Source of the DNA: a virus
Lineage: Duplodnaviria; Caudoviricetes
DNA: 43,370 bases
Virus record (IMG/VR): IMGVR_UViG_3300042515_001235
Span: 1 to 43,370 of that record
Reading direction: 5' to 3' (one strand)
The position numbers and the translations under genes were made by a program. Below the pieces are notes generated by a model, which worked only from the letters and a program-made list of their open reading frames with translations, was not told the origin of the DNA and searched no databases. Positions 28,465 through 36,659 of this stretch are shown here, in pieces. Numbering within the stretch: the first letter of the stretch is position 1; each line of letters starts with the position of its first letter.

Positions 28465-29053
28465 GGGCCAGGATGCGGAGCGCCGTTGGGTTGAGGCCAT
28501 CCGTGAGGGCGGTCGGTCTGTGGCCCACGGCAAGAAGATCACAGTCCGAAAGCACTGCAAGCGTACGGGGCATGTTGAGACCCCGGATGCGGTGGCGCTG
28601 CTGGCGATAGAGATCAAGGAGAGGTCGCTGTCGTTCACATCGCCGGAGGACTACCCCTACGAAACCGTGTTCGTTGACGACCTGCGCGGCATGGGCTTGG
28701 AGACAACGCAGAACTTTGCCTACGTCTACCTGTCCAAGCCCACCGGGCAGTGGGTCTGGCTTACGCCGCTGGACCGGGACGAGAGCTGGACCGAGGAGGT
28801 GGTGTGGGATCGGGGCAGAAACCATGAAGTGCCGACGCTCGTCGCGCCGAAGTCCTGCCTTCGCCCTGCCGAGACATTGCTGTCGCTGATTTACCCCCAA
28901 GACATGCTGGAGCTGGTTGATGGAGACTGCGGACTCTTCGTTAGTGGAGGCGGCGAAGTTGAAGAGCGAGATCGATACGTTGCGAAGACACATCCAGACG
29001 CTCCTGGCAGAGAACGAACGCCTGCGCCGAAAGCTAGAAAGCACCTGGGGTGA
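28436..29053 (+). CDS. PD-(D/E)XK nuclease-fold protein
   Basis: GQDAE...TPDAV...IEIKER motif arrangement. Confidence 0.6.
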   Translation: MRNFKSALRKGQDAERRWVEAIREGGRSVAHGKKITVRKHCKRTGHVETPDAVALLAIEIKERSLSFTSPEDYPYETVFVDDLRGMGLETTQNFAYVYLSKPTGQWVWLTPLDRDESWTEEVVWDRGRNHEVPTLVAPKSCLRPAETLLSLIYPQDMLELVDGDCGLFVSGGGEVEERDRYVAKTHPDAPGRERTPAPKARKHLG

Positions 29054-29056
29054 GGC

Positions 29057-29200
29057 ATGAGCGGGCCGCTGATTCTGCTGACCATGTGCATCTACTTCTA
29101 TGTCGGCCTTGAGCAGGGGTTCAAGGGCAACACGGCCGGGCTGATCATGTGGACCTCTTATGGGGCTGCCAACATCGGCTTATGGATGATGTCCAAATGA
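29057..29200 (+). CDS. small two-helix membrane protein (47 aa)
   Basis: Hand-translated: MSGPLILLTMCIYFYVGLEQGFKGNTAGLIMWTSYGAANIGLWMMSK. Confidence 0.65.
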   Translation: MSGPLILLTMCIYFYVGLEQGFKGNTAGLIMWTSYGAANIGLWMMSK

Positions 29201-29268
29201 CACCCATCGCTATCGTCATCGCCGCGGTACTGCTCCTTCTGTGGCTGGAGGGAGACAGTCATGACTGA
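29197..29268 (+). CDS. micro membrane peptide (23 aa)
   Basis: ATGA-coupled; MTPIAIVIAAVLLLLWLEGDSHD. Confidence 0.45.
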   Translation: MTPIAIVIAAVLLLLWLEGDSHD

Positions 29269-29365
29269 CCGCGACCACTTCGCTGCTGCGCTTTCGGTCG
29301 TTCGCCGCATCGACCTCTGGCTTGAGCGAGACGGGCCGGGTTTTACGAAACCTCGGTACAAGTGA
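29261..29365 (+). CDS. small ORF, probable fusion with a cassette remnant (34 aa)
   Basis: SD GGAG; MTDRDHFAAALSVVRRIDLWLERDGPGFTKPRYK. Confidence 0.5.
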   Translation: MTDRDHFAAALSVVRRIDLWLERDGPGFTKPRYK

Positions 29366-29402
29366 AAGGTGTCATAGGACTTGCAAAGGGGCGTCGGCTG
29401 GC

Positions 29403-29494
29403 GGCGAACGTGAAGGATCAGGAGCGGCGAACAATGAACACTGACAACACGCAGGACGCTGCCGAGCCGTCTCCTGCATCCGGTGGTTCTGTGG
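29403..29494 (-). mobile_element. attC: integron attC-like recombination site
   Basis: On the - strand: R'' CCACAGAAC, L'' GGAT[G]CAGGAG[A]CGGC, loop, L' GCCGCTCCTGATCC, R' GTTCGCC. The 14-bp arms have two extrahelical bases on one arm. Confidence 0.75.
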
Positions 29495-29640
29495 CGAGAG
29501 TTGTGCTTCCGAAGCCCCCAATGAATCCGGCGATGCTGCGAGCAGATTTTGCGTCGGGCTGGTTTTTTTGTTCCAGCCAAGTCAAAGCGGCGCTGGACGA
29601 AGCAGGCGTGTCATGGGAGATGGCCGAGTAGCCCGCAGAA
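29409..29640 (-). mobile_element. 232-bp integron-type gene cassette
   Basis: Bounded by two G/TT core sites on the - strand. The cassette-start core GTTCTGCGG is 8/9 complementary to its own R'' CCACAGAAC. Confidence 0.68.
29434..29631 (+). CDS. cassette-borne small hypothetical protein (65 aa)
   Basis: SD AGGAG (29420-29424) and the ATG lie inside the attC. The N-terminal EPSPASGGS is encoded by the attC arm. Confidence 0.65.
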   Translation: MNTDNTQDAAEPSPASGGSVARVVLPKPPMNPAMLRADFASGWFFCSSQVKAALDEAGVSWEMAE

Positions 29641-29657
29641 CACCAGCGATCAGCGGC
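29633..29657 (-). mobile_element. half attC site (L'-R' only)
   Basis: - strand GCCGCTGATCGCTGGTGTTCTGCGG has the same L'-spacer-R' geometry as the full site. No partner arm was found. Confidence 0.6.
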
Positions 29658-29674
29658 CCCAAAAAAGAGGACAC

Positions 29675-30334
29675 ATGAACGCCGACATCCCCTACCTTCA
29701 CTGCTGGGTTCGCAACTCGTTCATCTCCAGATCCGGCGGAATGGAGGAGGCGTACGCATTCGCCGTCCAATCATTCCCTGGCCGGGCGCTGGCGTTCCAT
29801 TGCATGCTGCGGAGCGGCGCACATTACCGCGGGGTGCCCATCCACGCGCTCGCCACGCGACCGATCTCCAGGGTCCGCTCTTTGGGTGATTGCCAGCTGT
29901 GGGACTGCTTTTCGTACAGGCCCATAGTAACAGTGTTTCATTACCTCCAGGGCCATGAGGCTATCTGTTACACGCAGTCTGGGGAGATCGGTGGCAGCTA
30001 CCTGTTCACTATCGACTGGCTGCCCGATGGGCCAGCTGGGTGGACGGTGATCCCCGAGCAGAATAAGTGCGGTCATGTCCTGGCCCTGGAGGACGGGAAC
30101 CTCGCCTGCCTCCCGACGAACCGGATCGCCTGGAGGGATGGGTACTGGGTTGGCCAGACCCCAGACCCGAGGTCCAGGGGTTACAAAGTCCAGACCGAGG
30201 TGTATCAGGCCGAGCATTCCGGCGCGGATGCCAGCTCCAGCGAGGATTACTGCTACAGCCCCTCCTGGCCCGCCAGGAGCCCCGAACTGACATCGGGCGA
30301 TGACCCCTACTCCCGTGACCCAAAAGTTCCGTAA
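29675..30334 (+). CDS. conserved-looking phage hypothetical protein
   Basis: SD GAGG. Motifs QLWDCFSY, YLFTIDW, KCGHVL, PTNRI. Confidence 0.75.
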   Translation: MNADIPYLHCWVRNSFISRSGGMEEAYAFAVQSFPGRALAFHCMLRSGAHYRGVPIHALATRPISRVRSLGDCQLWDCFSYRPIVTVFHYLQGHEAICYTQSGEIGGSYLFTIDWLPDGPAGWTVIPEQNKCGHVLALEDGNLACLPTNRIAWRDGYWVGQTPDPRSRGYKVQTEVYQAEHSGADASSSEDYCYSPSWPARSPELTSGDDPYSRDPKVP

Positions 30335-30486
30335 CAGCTTGAGCTTGAGACGCTGCCGTGCGTTGCCGCCCTGGACGCACAGGATGCCCCAGAAACGACA
30401 ATCGTCCCACCGGATCGCTCCGGCTTGCCCCGCGACCCAAACAGCCCGCAGAAACGATCCTAGAGCCTTCTGGACACTAGTCCAGT

Positions 30487-31110
30487 ATGAGGGGTGTAAT
30501 CCTGGCCATGGTCGCCGCCGCTGCCACTGCCGCCGAGGTGGAGTATGTCCCGGTCCTGTGGGCCCCGCCGGCAGGGTTCCCGCCGGCACTCCGAGACATC
30601 GCCTCCAGGCTGCCGGCCGACACCGCCGCCCGGGAGCCGGACCTTGTGACCTACACCCATGAGGGCTCCCACTTCTTGTGCCGCGGCACGCCTGGGCACC
30701 ACGGGCTTTACGTTGGGCGCGGCTTGCGCATTTACATCCCCACCCCGCCGCTGACCACGGCCGAGGTGTTCGCGGCTATACCCGAGGACAAGCGCGGGAC
30801 GATCTACGGCACGTACCTGCGCCAGGGTCAGAGCGCGTACTGGCAGGCCCAGCCGCTGATGATCTTGGATGAGTGGGGTGCGTATCTCGCGGGCGCTACA
30901 GCGCGCCGGGAGATGGCGCTGGACAGCAGGCGGGAGACTGATGTACACTGTGCGACCATGGCCGGCTACGCGGCCGTCATGTATCGGATGGCCAAGGAAT
31001 GCAGTGGTTATCCGCACGCCGAGCTGAAGGGATTCTGCGACTGGCAACTCGCTCGCTGTAGGGAAGTAATTCCCGAGTGGGACGAGCTGGCTGACGCGAG
31101 GTTCGACTAG
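30487..31110 (+). CDS. secreted HExxH zincin-like protein
   Basis: Signal-peptide-like MRGVILAMVAAAATA, YTHEGSH and a downstream DEWGAY (gluzincin-like third ligand). Confidence 0.6.
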   Translation: MRGVILAMVAAAATAAEVEYVPVLWAPPAGFPPALRDIASRLPADTAAREPDLVTYTHEGSHFLCRGTPGHHGLYVGRGLRIYIPTPPLTTAEVFAAIPEDKRGTIYGTYLRQGQSAYWQAQPLMILDEWGAYLAGATARREMALDSRRETDVHCATMAGYAAVMYRMAKECSGYPHAELKGFCDWQLARCREVIPEWDELADARFD

Positions 31111-31342
31111 CCACTGGATGGCGACCGGCCTGAAGATCGGCCCCCCGCCGATTGGCTCCCGTGAGGAGTGCGACAAGAGGGGGCAGGGCTTGCGGGGTAA
31201 CCCGCTTGCCATTCTGGAAAGCCCCGGGTGCGCTGATGACTACCCTGCCCGGGGGCTGGCTTCGCGCCCGCCAGACGCTGCGTGGGGAGTAAGATGAACT
31301 GGACAGCGAAAACAAATACACTTCATCCAGGGCCCGGCTCCA

Positions 31343-31410
31343 ACCCGGAATAGCCCGCTGACTTCCTCCACGGTGGAGGGAGTCAGGCACCCTCCACCGT
31401 ACCCGGAATA
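31343..31410. repeat. 10-bp direct repeats flanking two overlapping inverted repeats
   Basis: ACCCGGAATA at 31343 and 31401. Hairpin 31358-31386 and an alternative 11-bp stem 31370-31380/31390-31400. Confidence 0.8.
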
Positions 31411-31423
31411 ACGGGGTGTGATT

Positions 31424-31690
31424 ATGGGACTGCCAGCCAAGGCCGGTTTCATTGTGAAGTGTAACGTCCATGGTACACCGACCGGCAAGACGCATCTCTG
31501 GAGCGGATCGGATACGGCCTGCCGGATGTGGTCCACGGGCGGCCTGCTCCAGCACAAGCGATGGGATTACTACATCGAACCGCCATCGGAACTCTGCACG
31601 CTGTGTCATCCCGAGCGGCACGGGGTATCGTACGAACCGCCGCTGTTCAAAGCCGCTGGATTAGGGGTGCGGACTGACGGCGCGATTTGA
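31424..31690 (+). CDS. small Cys/His hypothetical protein
   Basis: HLW...TAC...LCTLC potential Zn ligands. Start is ATG 31424 or GTG 31418. Confidence 0.55.
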   Translation: MGLPAKAGFIVKCNVHGTPTGKTHLWSGSDTACRMWSTGGLLQHKRWDYYIEPPSELCTLCHPERHGVSYEPPLFKAAGLGVRTDGAI

Positions 31691-31715
31691 CATAGCAACT
31701 GTAATCCTGTACACT
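31687..31715 (+). promoter_or_regulatory. sigma70-type promoter
   Basis: TTGACA (31687-31692), 17 bp spacer, TACACT (31710-31715). The GTG start at 31724 is 8 bp downstream, so the mRNA is probably leaderless. Confidence 0.75.
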
Positions 31716-31723
31716 ATCCGCCA

Positions 31724-32122
31724 GTGAACAAGTCGCAGCGTGTCGAACTTGCAGAGTGGGTAGCCCTGCATCGTTGTTGTGCGGTTTGCTGGTGGCCGGA
31801 ATCAGATGGGCGTAGACCACTCCAGGTGCATCACCTCGTTGGCGGGCAGAACCGCTACAAGGCTCATCGGAAGGAGTGTTACCTGCGGCTCTGCGACCGC
31901 TGCCATGACGTTTACCATGACGGCCGGATCGCCGGGAATTACCCAGACCTGAAGAAAGCCCACCTCTTGTACGCCAAGCAGGAGTCTGACCCAGGCAACT
32001 ATGACCCCTCGCTCCTGGCGTCACTCAAGGCAAAGAAACACCTGGGCTATGACCCCGAGCCGCTGCCAGAGTTTTACCTTTCAGAGCGCGAGACGAATCT
32101 AGGCCGATGCCGCAAGCCGTGA
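31724..32122 (+). CDS. HNH endonuclease-family protein
   Basis: CAVC...LQVHHL...LRLCDRCH...H. Confidence 0.78.
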   Translation: MNKSQRVELAEWVALHRCCAVCWWPESDGRRPLQVHHLVGGQNRYKAHRKECYLRLCDRCHDVYHDGRIAGNYPDLKKAHLLYAKQESDPGNYDPSLLASLKAKKHLGYDPEPLPEFYLSERETNLGRCRKP

Positions 32123-32487
32123 CCGTCCAGGTAATCCGAGTCACCCGCCCTGACACCCTACTGCTGCGAACAGATGTACCAGAACTCCAGGGCCGATGCA
32201 GTATTTACGGCGTCCTCGGTGAGGTCCGCTGCCGCAGGTCTGCCAGACAGGAGATCGTTGATTGGGTGGAAGCCCACGCCGACTTCGGCCGGCTGGGCAT
32301 GCTCACCTGGAACTGGTGCCGGGATCCGTACGGCCGGCTGCTCTGCGATCTGGCCGATCTGCAATCCGGCGAGACCCTCACCGGATATCTCATCGACCGT
32401 GGGGTGGCGGCTCCCAGGCCATCGCACTACGTGGATTGCCTTGCCGAGATGATGACAGCACAGGAGGTGCGCGATGCTGACTGGTGA
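32107..32487 (+). CDS. thermonuclease (SNase)-like protein, degenerate
   Basis: VIRVTRPDTL, RDPYGRLL, LIDRGVA resemble the SNase motifs V.RV.DGDT, D.YGR.L and L...G.A. Confidence 0.6.
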   Translation: MPQAVTVQVIRVTRPDTLLLRTDVPELQGRCSIYGVLGEVRCRRSARQEIVDWVEAHADFGRLGMLTWNWCRDPYGRLLCDLADLQSGETLTGYLIDRGVAAPRPSHYVDCLAEMMTAQEVRDADW

Positions 32488-32710
32488 CAAGTTCAAGACC
32501 ACCAACTACGCCCTTATCTGCTGGTGGGAGTCGGCGTCTGAAGCCAAGGATATGCAAACCGCCGGCAAGGTCGGCAGCTGGATCGGCCAGTCGGCCAAGG
32601 CGCTGGACAAGAAGCGTGCGCCCGAGGTGGTTCAGCTGATCAAGGAGCAGTTCCCAGAGCTGGCCGAGATTGAGGCGCAGCACGTTCAGCTCCGGTGGGC
32701 ACGCCTATGA
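32474..32710 (+). CDS. hypothetical protein
   Basis: SD AGGAGGT, overlapping operon arrangement. Confidence 0.7.
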   Translation: MLTGDKFKTTNYALICWWESASEAKDMQTAGKVGSWIGQSAKALDKKRAPEVVQLIKEQFPELAEIEAQHVQLRWARL

Positions 32711-32913
32711 GGGGCAAGACAAAGCGGATGCTGCGCTCGCTCCAGGCCGACCACGCTCGGCTGATGAATGCCTACGGCAAGATGCACGGCAACATCCAGG
32801 AGCTGCGTGGGCAAGTCGAAGACCTGAAGTGGCGCATTGACGAGGCCGCCCCTGCCCTTCCGCCCACGGACGATGGCGGCCTGCTCCAAGAGCTGAAGGC
32901 GAGGCGCGCATGA
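32707..32913 (+). CDS. coiled-coil hypothetical protein
   Basis: ATGA coupling on both sides. Confidence 0.65.
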   Translation: MRGKTKRMLRSLQADHARLMNAYGKMHGNIQELRGQVEDLKWRIDEAAPALPPTDDGGLLQELKARRA

Positions 32914-33320
32914 TCCAGTCCCGCCAGAAGGGTGCCCGTGGCGAAAGGGACGCCGCCAAGGCGTGGGCCGAGTCGCTCGGGCTGGACCCGGCAGCCTGTC
33001 GCAGGGGGCAGCAATTCGCGGGCGGAACCGAGTCGCCGGACGTTGTGACCCCCATGGAGAACATTCACCTAGAGGTCAAGCGCGTGGAGCGCGGCAACCC
33101 ATACGGCTGGATCGATCAGGCCGTCCGGGACGCTGGCTCCAAGATCCCGGTTGTACTGCATCGCCGCAACAACCGGGAGTGGTTGGCGATAGTGAGGCTC
33201 AACGATGTCCCAGGACTGGCGCGTGAAGTTAGTTCGCAAGCTGCGCAACTGGGCATCCACGCGATTCCCCGTGCCGTTCCCGATCCGGGTGTACCTCCGT
33301 CAGCGGGAGCAGATGGATGA
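32910..33320 (+). CDS. Hjc-type PD-(D/E)XK Holliday junction resolvase-like protein
   Basis: SRQKGARGERD, SPDV, IHLEVKR, PVVLHRRN. Confidence 0.75.
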   Translation: MIQSRQKGARGERDAAKAWAESLGLDPAACRRGQQFAGGTESPDVVTPMENIHLEVKRVERGNPYGWIDQAVRDAGSKIPVVLHRRNNREWLAIVRLNDVPGLAREVSSQAAQLGIHAIPRAVPDPGVPPSAGADG

Positions 33321-33549
33321 CCACCTTGGATACTTTTTGTACTGCGATGACAAGGAACGCGGAGTCATCTGCCTCTGCGACACGGCCGACCGAGAGATCC
33401 TGATCGATACCTTCCTTGAGGAATGGGCCCATGCTCGCACCAGCCATCTCATTGACACCGAGGACCACTCTGATGACCCCTGGCACCACCCCGGATTCTG
33501 GAGCGAGTACGGCAGGCTGCAATGTGCCGCCCGCGAGGTCGCATGGTGA
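33205..33549 (+). CDS. mini zincin-like protein
   Basis: LGY...GVI.L...DTFLEEWAH (EExxH variant) and HHPGFW. Overlaps the tail of the previous ORF. Confidence 0.55.
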   Translation: MSQDWRVKLVRKLRNWASTRFPVPFPIRVYLRQREQMDDHLGYFLYCDDKERGVICLCDTADREILIDTFLEEWAHARTSHLIDTEDHSDDPWHHPGFWSEYGRLQCAAREVAW

Positions 33550-33853
33550 TCCGTACGATCCCGTGTGCCAAGAACTCCACGCCCTTTTGACGCGGAAGCG
33601 GGGGTACTACGGCTGCCCCGAGGAGGAGCCCCTGGCCAACGCCCGAGGCGTGGAGGAGCAGGGCATTGAGCCGTGGGTCTACCAGCTTGCCCGGATCGGG
33701 GAAAAGGTCCGGCGGGCCGGAGGGCTCCAGGCCCAGTTAAGGACACTAGGCAATACAGAGGCCCTCGCACGGAAGGTGCGGGAGACTCTGCTGGATATTG
33801 CAGGTCACGCTACGGTCGCCATCGCCCTCCTGGATAACGAACATGAACATTAA
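33524..33853 (+). CDS. DUF1599-like (nucleotide-modification-associated, MazG-fold) protein
   Basis: LLTRKRGYYG...N...RIGEKVRR...ETLLDIAGHA. Start uncertain (GTG 33524 or 33563). Confidence 0.65.
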   Translation: MPPARSHGDPYDPVCQELHALLTRKRGYYGCPEEEPLANARGVEEQGIEPWVYQLARIGEKVRRAGGLQAQLRTLGNTEALARKVRETLLDIAGHATVAIALLDNEHEH

Positions 33854-34175
33854 AGCCCTTCAGTGGTTGCTCAAGCATCGGGAAATGTTGCTCAAGGTGG
33901 TGGAGATTGCCAAGACTTTCCGCAAGGACTCCACCTACCTGGAGCAGTGGGCCGTCGCGGACGCCATCGCCAAGATCGTCCTTCCCGTCTTGGAAGCCGA
34001 GGCCGTGGCGCCCCGCCTCTTCAGCTTCGACATTGACGAGGACTACGGCGTTTCCGCCATGACGGCCGGCGCCGAGGTCGGCGCCCTTGGCATCGACTGG
34101 AAGCTGATGGTTGAGGTGATCCTGCCGATTGTCATCTCCATCCTGGAGCTGTTCGTCAAGCGTCAGGATGACTGA
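33843..34175 (+). CDS. hypothetical protein with C-terminal hydrophobic helix
   Basis: ATG 33843; IDWKLMVEVILPIVISILELF. Confidence 0.65.
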   Translation: MNIKALQWLLKHREMLLKVVEIAKTFRKDSTYLEQWAVADAIAKIVLPVLEAEAVAPRLFSFDIDEDYGVSAMTAGAEVGALGIDWKLMVEVILPIVISILELFVKRQDD

Positions 34176-35100
34176 CTACTGCCACCTCCCCCCGTACCGC
34201 GTCTCGTTCAACCAGCTCCCGCAGAAGGCGGATGGCGTGGACTGGGCGGTCGCCAGCTATGGCATCCCGTCGCTGTGGAAGTCATCGCATGGGGACGGGG
34301 TGACGGTTGCCGTCATCGATTCGGGGGTTGCGTTGCACCCTGCCTTGGATGATGTGGTCGTTGACCACAGGAACTTCACCTCCGACTCCGAGGTGCATGA
34401 TTCGCTCGGCCACGGAACGCACGTAGCCGGGACTATCGGGGCGAGGCGAGGTCTGGCCAAGGGGATAGCCCCAGGCGTCAAGATCCTGTCGCTCAAAGTC
34501 CTGGGTCATTCAGGGATGGGGAGCAACGAGGCCGTGGCCCAGGCTGTGGCACACGCCACGGAGGCCAAGGCAGACATAGTCTGCATGTCGCTTGGGTCCA
34601 CCAGACCGGACAGCCGCCTGCATGATGCCATCCGCTCGGCTCGGGCGGCGGGGATCATCCTCGTCTGCGCTGCCGGCAATGACGGTGGTGGCGTGAACTA
34701 CCCGGCTGCCTACCAGGAGACCCTGGCGGTGGGCGCCGTGGATCGCAATGGCAACCTCTGCGAGTTCTCGTCCCGGGGAAAGGAGATTTCGGTCGCCGCC
34801 CCCGGTGCGGACATCACCAGCACATGGCTGGCCAACGGGTACGCGACCATCTCCGGGACGAGCATGGCCGCGCCGTTCGTTGCCGGAGTGCTCAGTCTGT
34901 ATGTCTCGGCGGCGAAGAAGGACGGCCGGCAGATCGATGTCCACAAGGCGCTGGCAGAGACTTGCCGCGATGTTGGTGAGACCGGCCGTGATCCGATGTA
35001 CGGCTGGGGCCTGATGGACCCGCACAAGCTGTTGGCCTACGAGGTCCGCGCCTCGCAGCAGGGCGTCACCATATTCATTCCCGGAGCCAAGATCCTGTGA
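34168..35100 (+). CDS. subtilisin-family (S8) serine protease
   Basis: Catalytic triad motifs VAVIDSG, HGTHVAG and GTSMAAPFVAG, plus oxyanion AAGN. Confidence 0.95.
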   Translation: MTDYCHLPPYRVSFNQLPQKADGVDWAVASYGIPSLWKSSHGDGVTVAVIDSGVALHPALDDVVVDHRNFTSDSEVHDSLGHGTHVAGTIGARRGLAKGIAPGVKILSLKVLGHSGMGSNEAVAQAVAHATEAKADIVCMSLGSTRPDSRLHDAIRSARAAGIILVCAAGNDGGGVNYPAAYQETLAVGAVDRNGNLCEFSSRGKEISVAAPGADITSTWLANGYATISGTSMAAPFVAGVLSLYVSAAKKDGRQIDVHKALAETCRDVGETGRDPMYGWGLMDPHKLLAYEVRASQQGVTIFIPGAKIL

Positions 35101-35300
35101 GCGTCATCCAGATCGTCGCCCTCGTCTTCCTTGTGGTGTCGCTGTGGTGGGCGTACGCACCCCCCATTCAGCTGCCAGCCTTCTCCAGGAAGCCGGATGT
35201 GATGCGGCACATCCGCTCTGTCATTGAGATCCGAGATCAGGCGAGCAACCCAGAGGTAATCGACGCATGCCAAGCGCTGCTGCAAGCCCTTCTGCGGTGA
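35097..35300 (+). CDS. small N-terminally membrane-anchored protein
   Basis: IQIVALVFLVVSLWWAY transmembrane segment; GTGA coupling. Confidence 0.7.
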   Translation: MSVIQIVALVFLVVSLWWAYAPPIQLPAFSRKPDVMRHIRSVIEIRDQASNPEVIDACQALLQALLR

Positions 35301-35716
35301 AGCACTTCATCCCATTGGTCGCCGCCGTGGTGGTGGCGCTCTCGTTCGTTAAGCCCCCACGGCCAGCCGCCGATGGGCCAGTAGCGACCGCCCTATCGTC
35401 GGCCACCCCCTCCGACCGGGCGACGGTAGCAGGGATATACAGAGCCCTTGCTGACGTTACTGGCAGAGACTCGGGTCGCCTGATTGCGACCACGGCGACA
35501 TGGCGTCTGATCCACGCCGACGCCCTGCGGCTGGCCGTGGGCGGCACAGCTCTAGTTGGCAAGTACCCCGGCCTGGACAAGGCCGTGGAGTTGGTGCTGT
35601 CGCAGCACCTCTCTCTGGAGAACGTCCCGCTCTCATCGCAGCAGGACGGCAAGACGGTTGCCGAACGGATCGTAGCGGGTTGCAAGGAAGTGGAGCGTCA
35701 GTGTGGCCGAAGATGA
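35297..35716 (+). CDS. membrane-anchored or secreted hypothetical protein
   Basis: GTG 35297; KHFIPLVAAVVVALSFV. Confidence 0.7.
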   Translation: MKHFIPLVAAVVVALSFVKPPRPAADGPVATALSSATPSDRATVAGIYRALADVTGRDSGRLIATTATWRLIHADALRLAVGGTALVGKYPGLDKAVELVLSQHLSLENVPLSSQQDGKTVAERIVAGCKEVERQCGRR

Positions 35717-36659
35717 TTTCGTCCTAGACACTCCGTACTCGCTGCTCAACGCTTACGCGAACCAGGGGCTGACGGGATACATCAACGATCCCGTGGCCAG
35801 GGCGAGGTTCCTGGATACGCAGCCGCAGGGCTACTTCTCCGAGCCCAACATCGCGGGCATGGGGGTGGGCAAGCGGGCCCTGCTGTTCGGCTACCTGTGC
35901 AAGCTGGATCCGACAGCGTTCACCGAGGCCCAGATCACGGGCGACTGTGTCGCGCATGGAAGCCGGAACTGCCGGGACATGACACGCTGCGCCCGCATCC
36001 TGGCGCATGGCGAGCCGTGGGACTTCTACAAGAAGGGTGCGCTGGAGCCGACCTACGGAGCCCGTGGGCATGGTGGCCAGGGCATGAGCCCCTCCGTGGC
36101 ATCTAGGTTTGAGCGGGACTATGGGTTCCTCTCCCGGGAAAATCACGGCATCGTAGACCTGACGAAATACAACAAGCTGGGCATTCAGTGGGGCAGCCGC
36201 GGCGTGCCCGAGAACGTCAAGGAACTGTGCAAGAAGACAAGCGTCGGAAAGATCACCCTGTGCAAGTCCCAGGAGGATCTCATGGACGCCATGGTCAACG
36301 GCTATGCGGCGCACAGTGGGCAGTATGCAGCGTGGGCGGCAGAGCCAAACCGTGAGCACTACCACAGCCGCGTGTCCCCAGGCTGGAACCATGACATGGC
36401 CATCGGGGGCTATGACGATACGAAGAAGTTCTGGCCGTTCCGCGTCTGGTTCCTCATGCAGGAGTGGGGCCGGTGGAACCAAGCGCCCAAGGAATGGCCG
36501 GCAGACTACCCGCCTTGGGTGCCCGGCATGATCGTTGTCCGGGACCAGGACTTCCAGGTCTGCATCGAAGCTGATGACTGCTGGATCTACTCGGATGTCG
36601 ATGGCTACCCCCCGCAGAAGCTCCCCGATTACGGAACGATTGGACTGCTCAATGCGTAG
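35703..36659 (+). CDS. papain-like (C1A-type) cysteine peptidase
   Basis: Q-ITGDCVAHG (oxyanion Gln and catalytic Cys), WNHDMAIGGYDD (His), MQEWGRW (NSWG variant). Confidence 0.78.
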   Translation: MAEDDFVLDTPYSLLNAYANQGLTGYINDPVARARFLDTQPQGYFSEPNIAGMGVGKRALLFGYLCKLDPTAFTEAQITGDCVAHGSRNCRDMTRCARILAHGEPWDFYKKGALEPTYGARGHGGQGMSPSVASRFERDYGFLSRENHGIVDLTKYNKLGIQWGSRGVPENVKELCKKTSVGKITLCKSQEDLMDAMVNGYAAHSGQYAAWAAEPNREHYHSRVSPGWNHDMAIGGYDDTKKFWPFRVWFLMQEWGRWNQAPKEWPADYPPWVPGMIVVRDQDFQVCIEADDCWIYSDVDGYPPQKLPDYGTIGLLNA

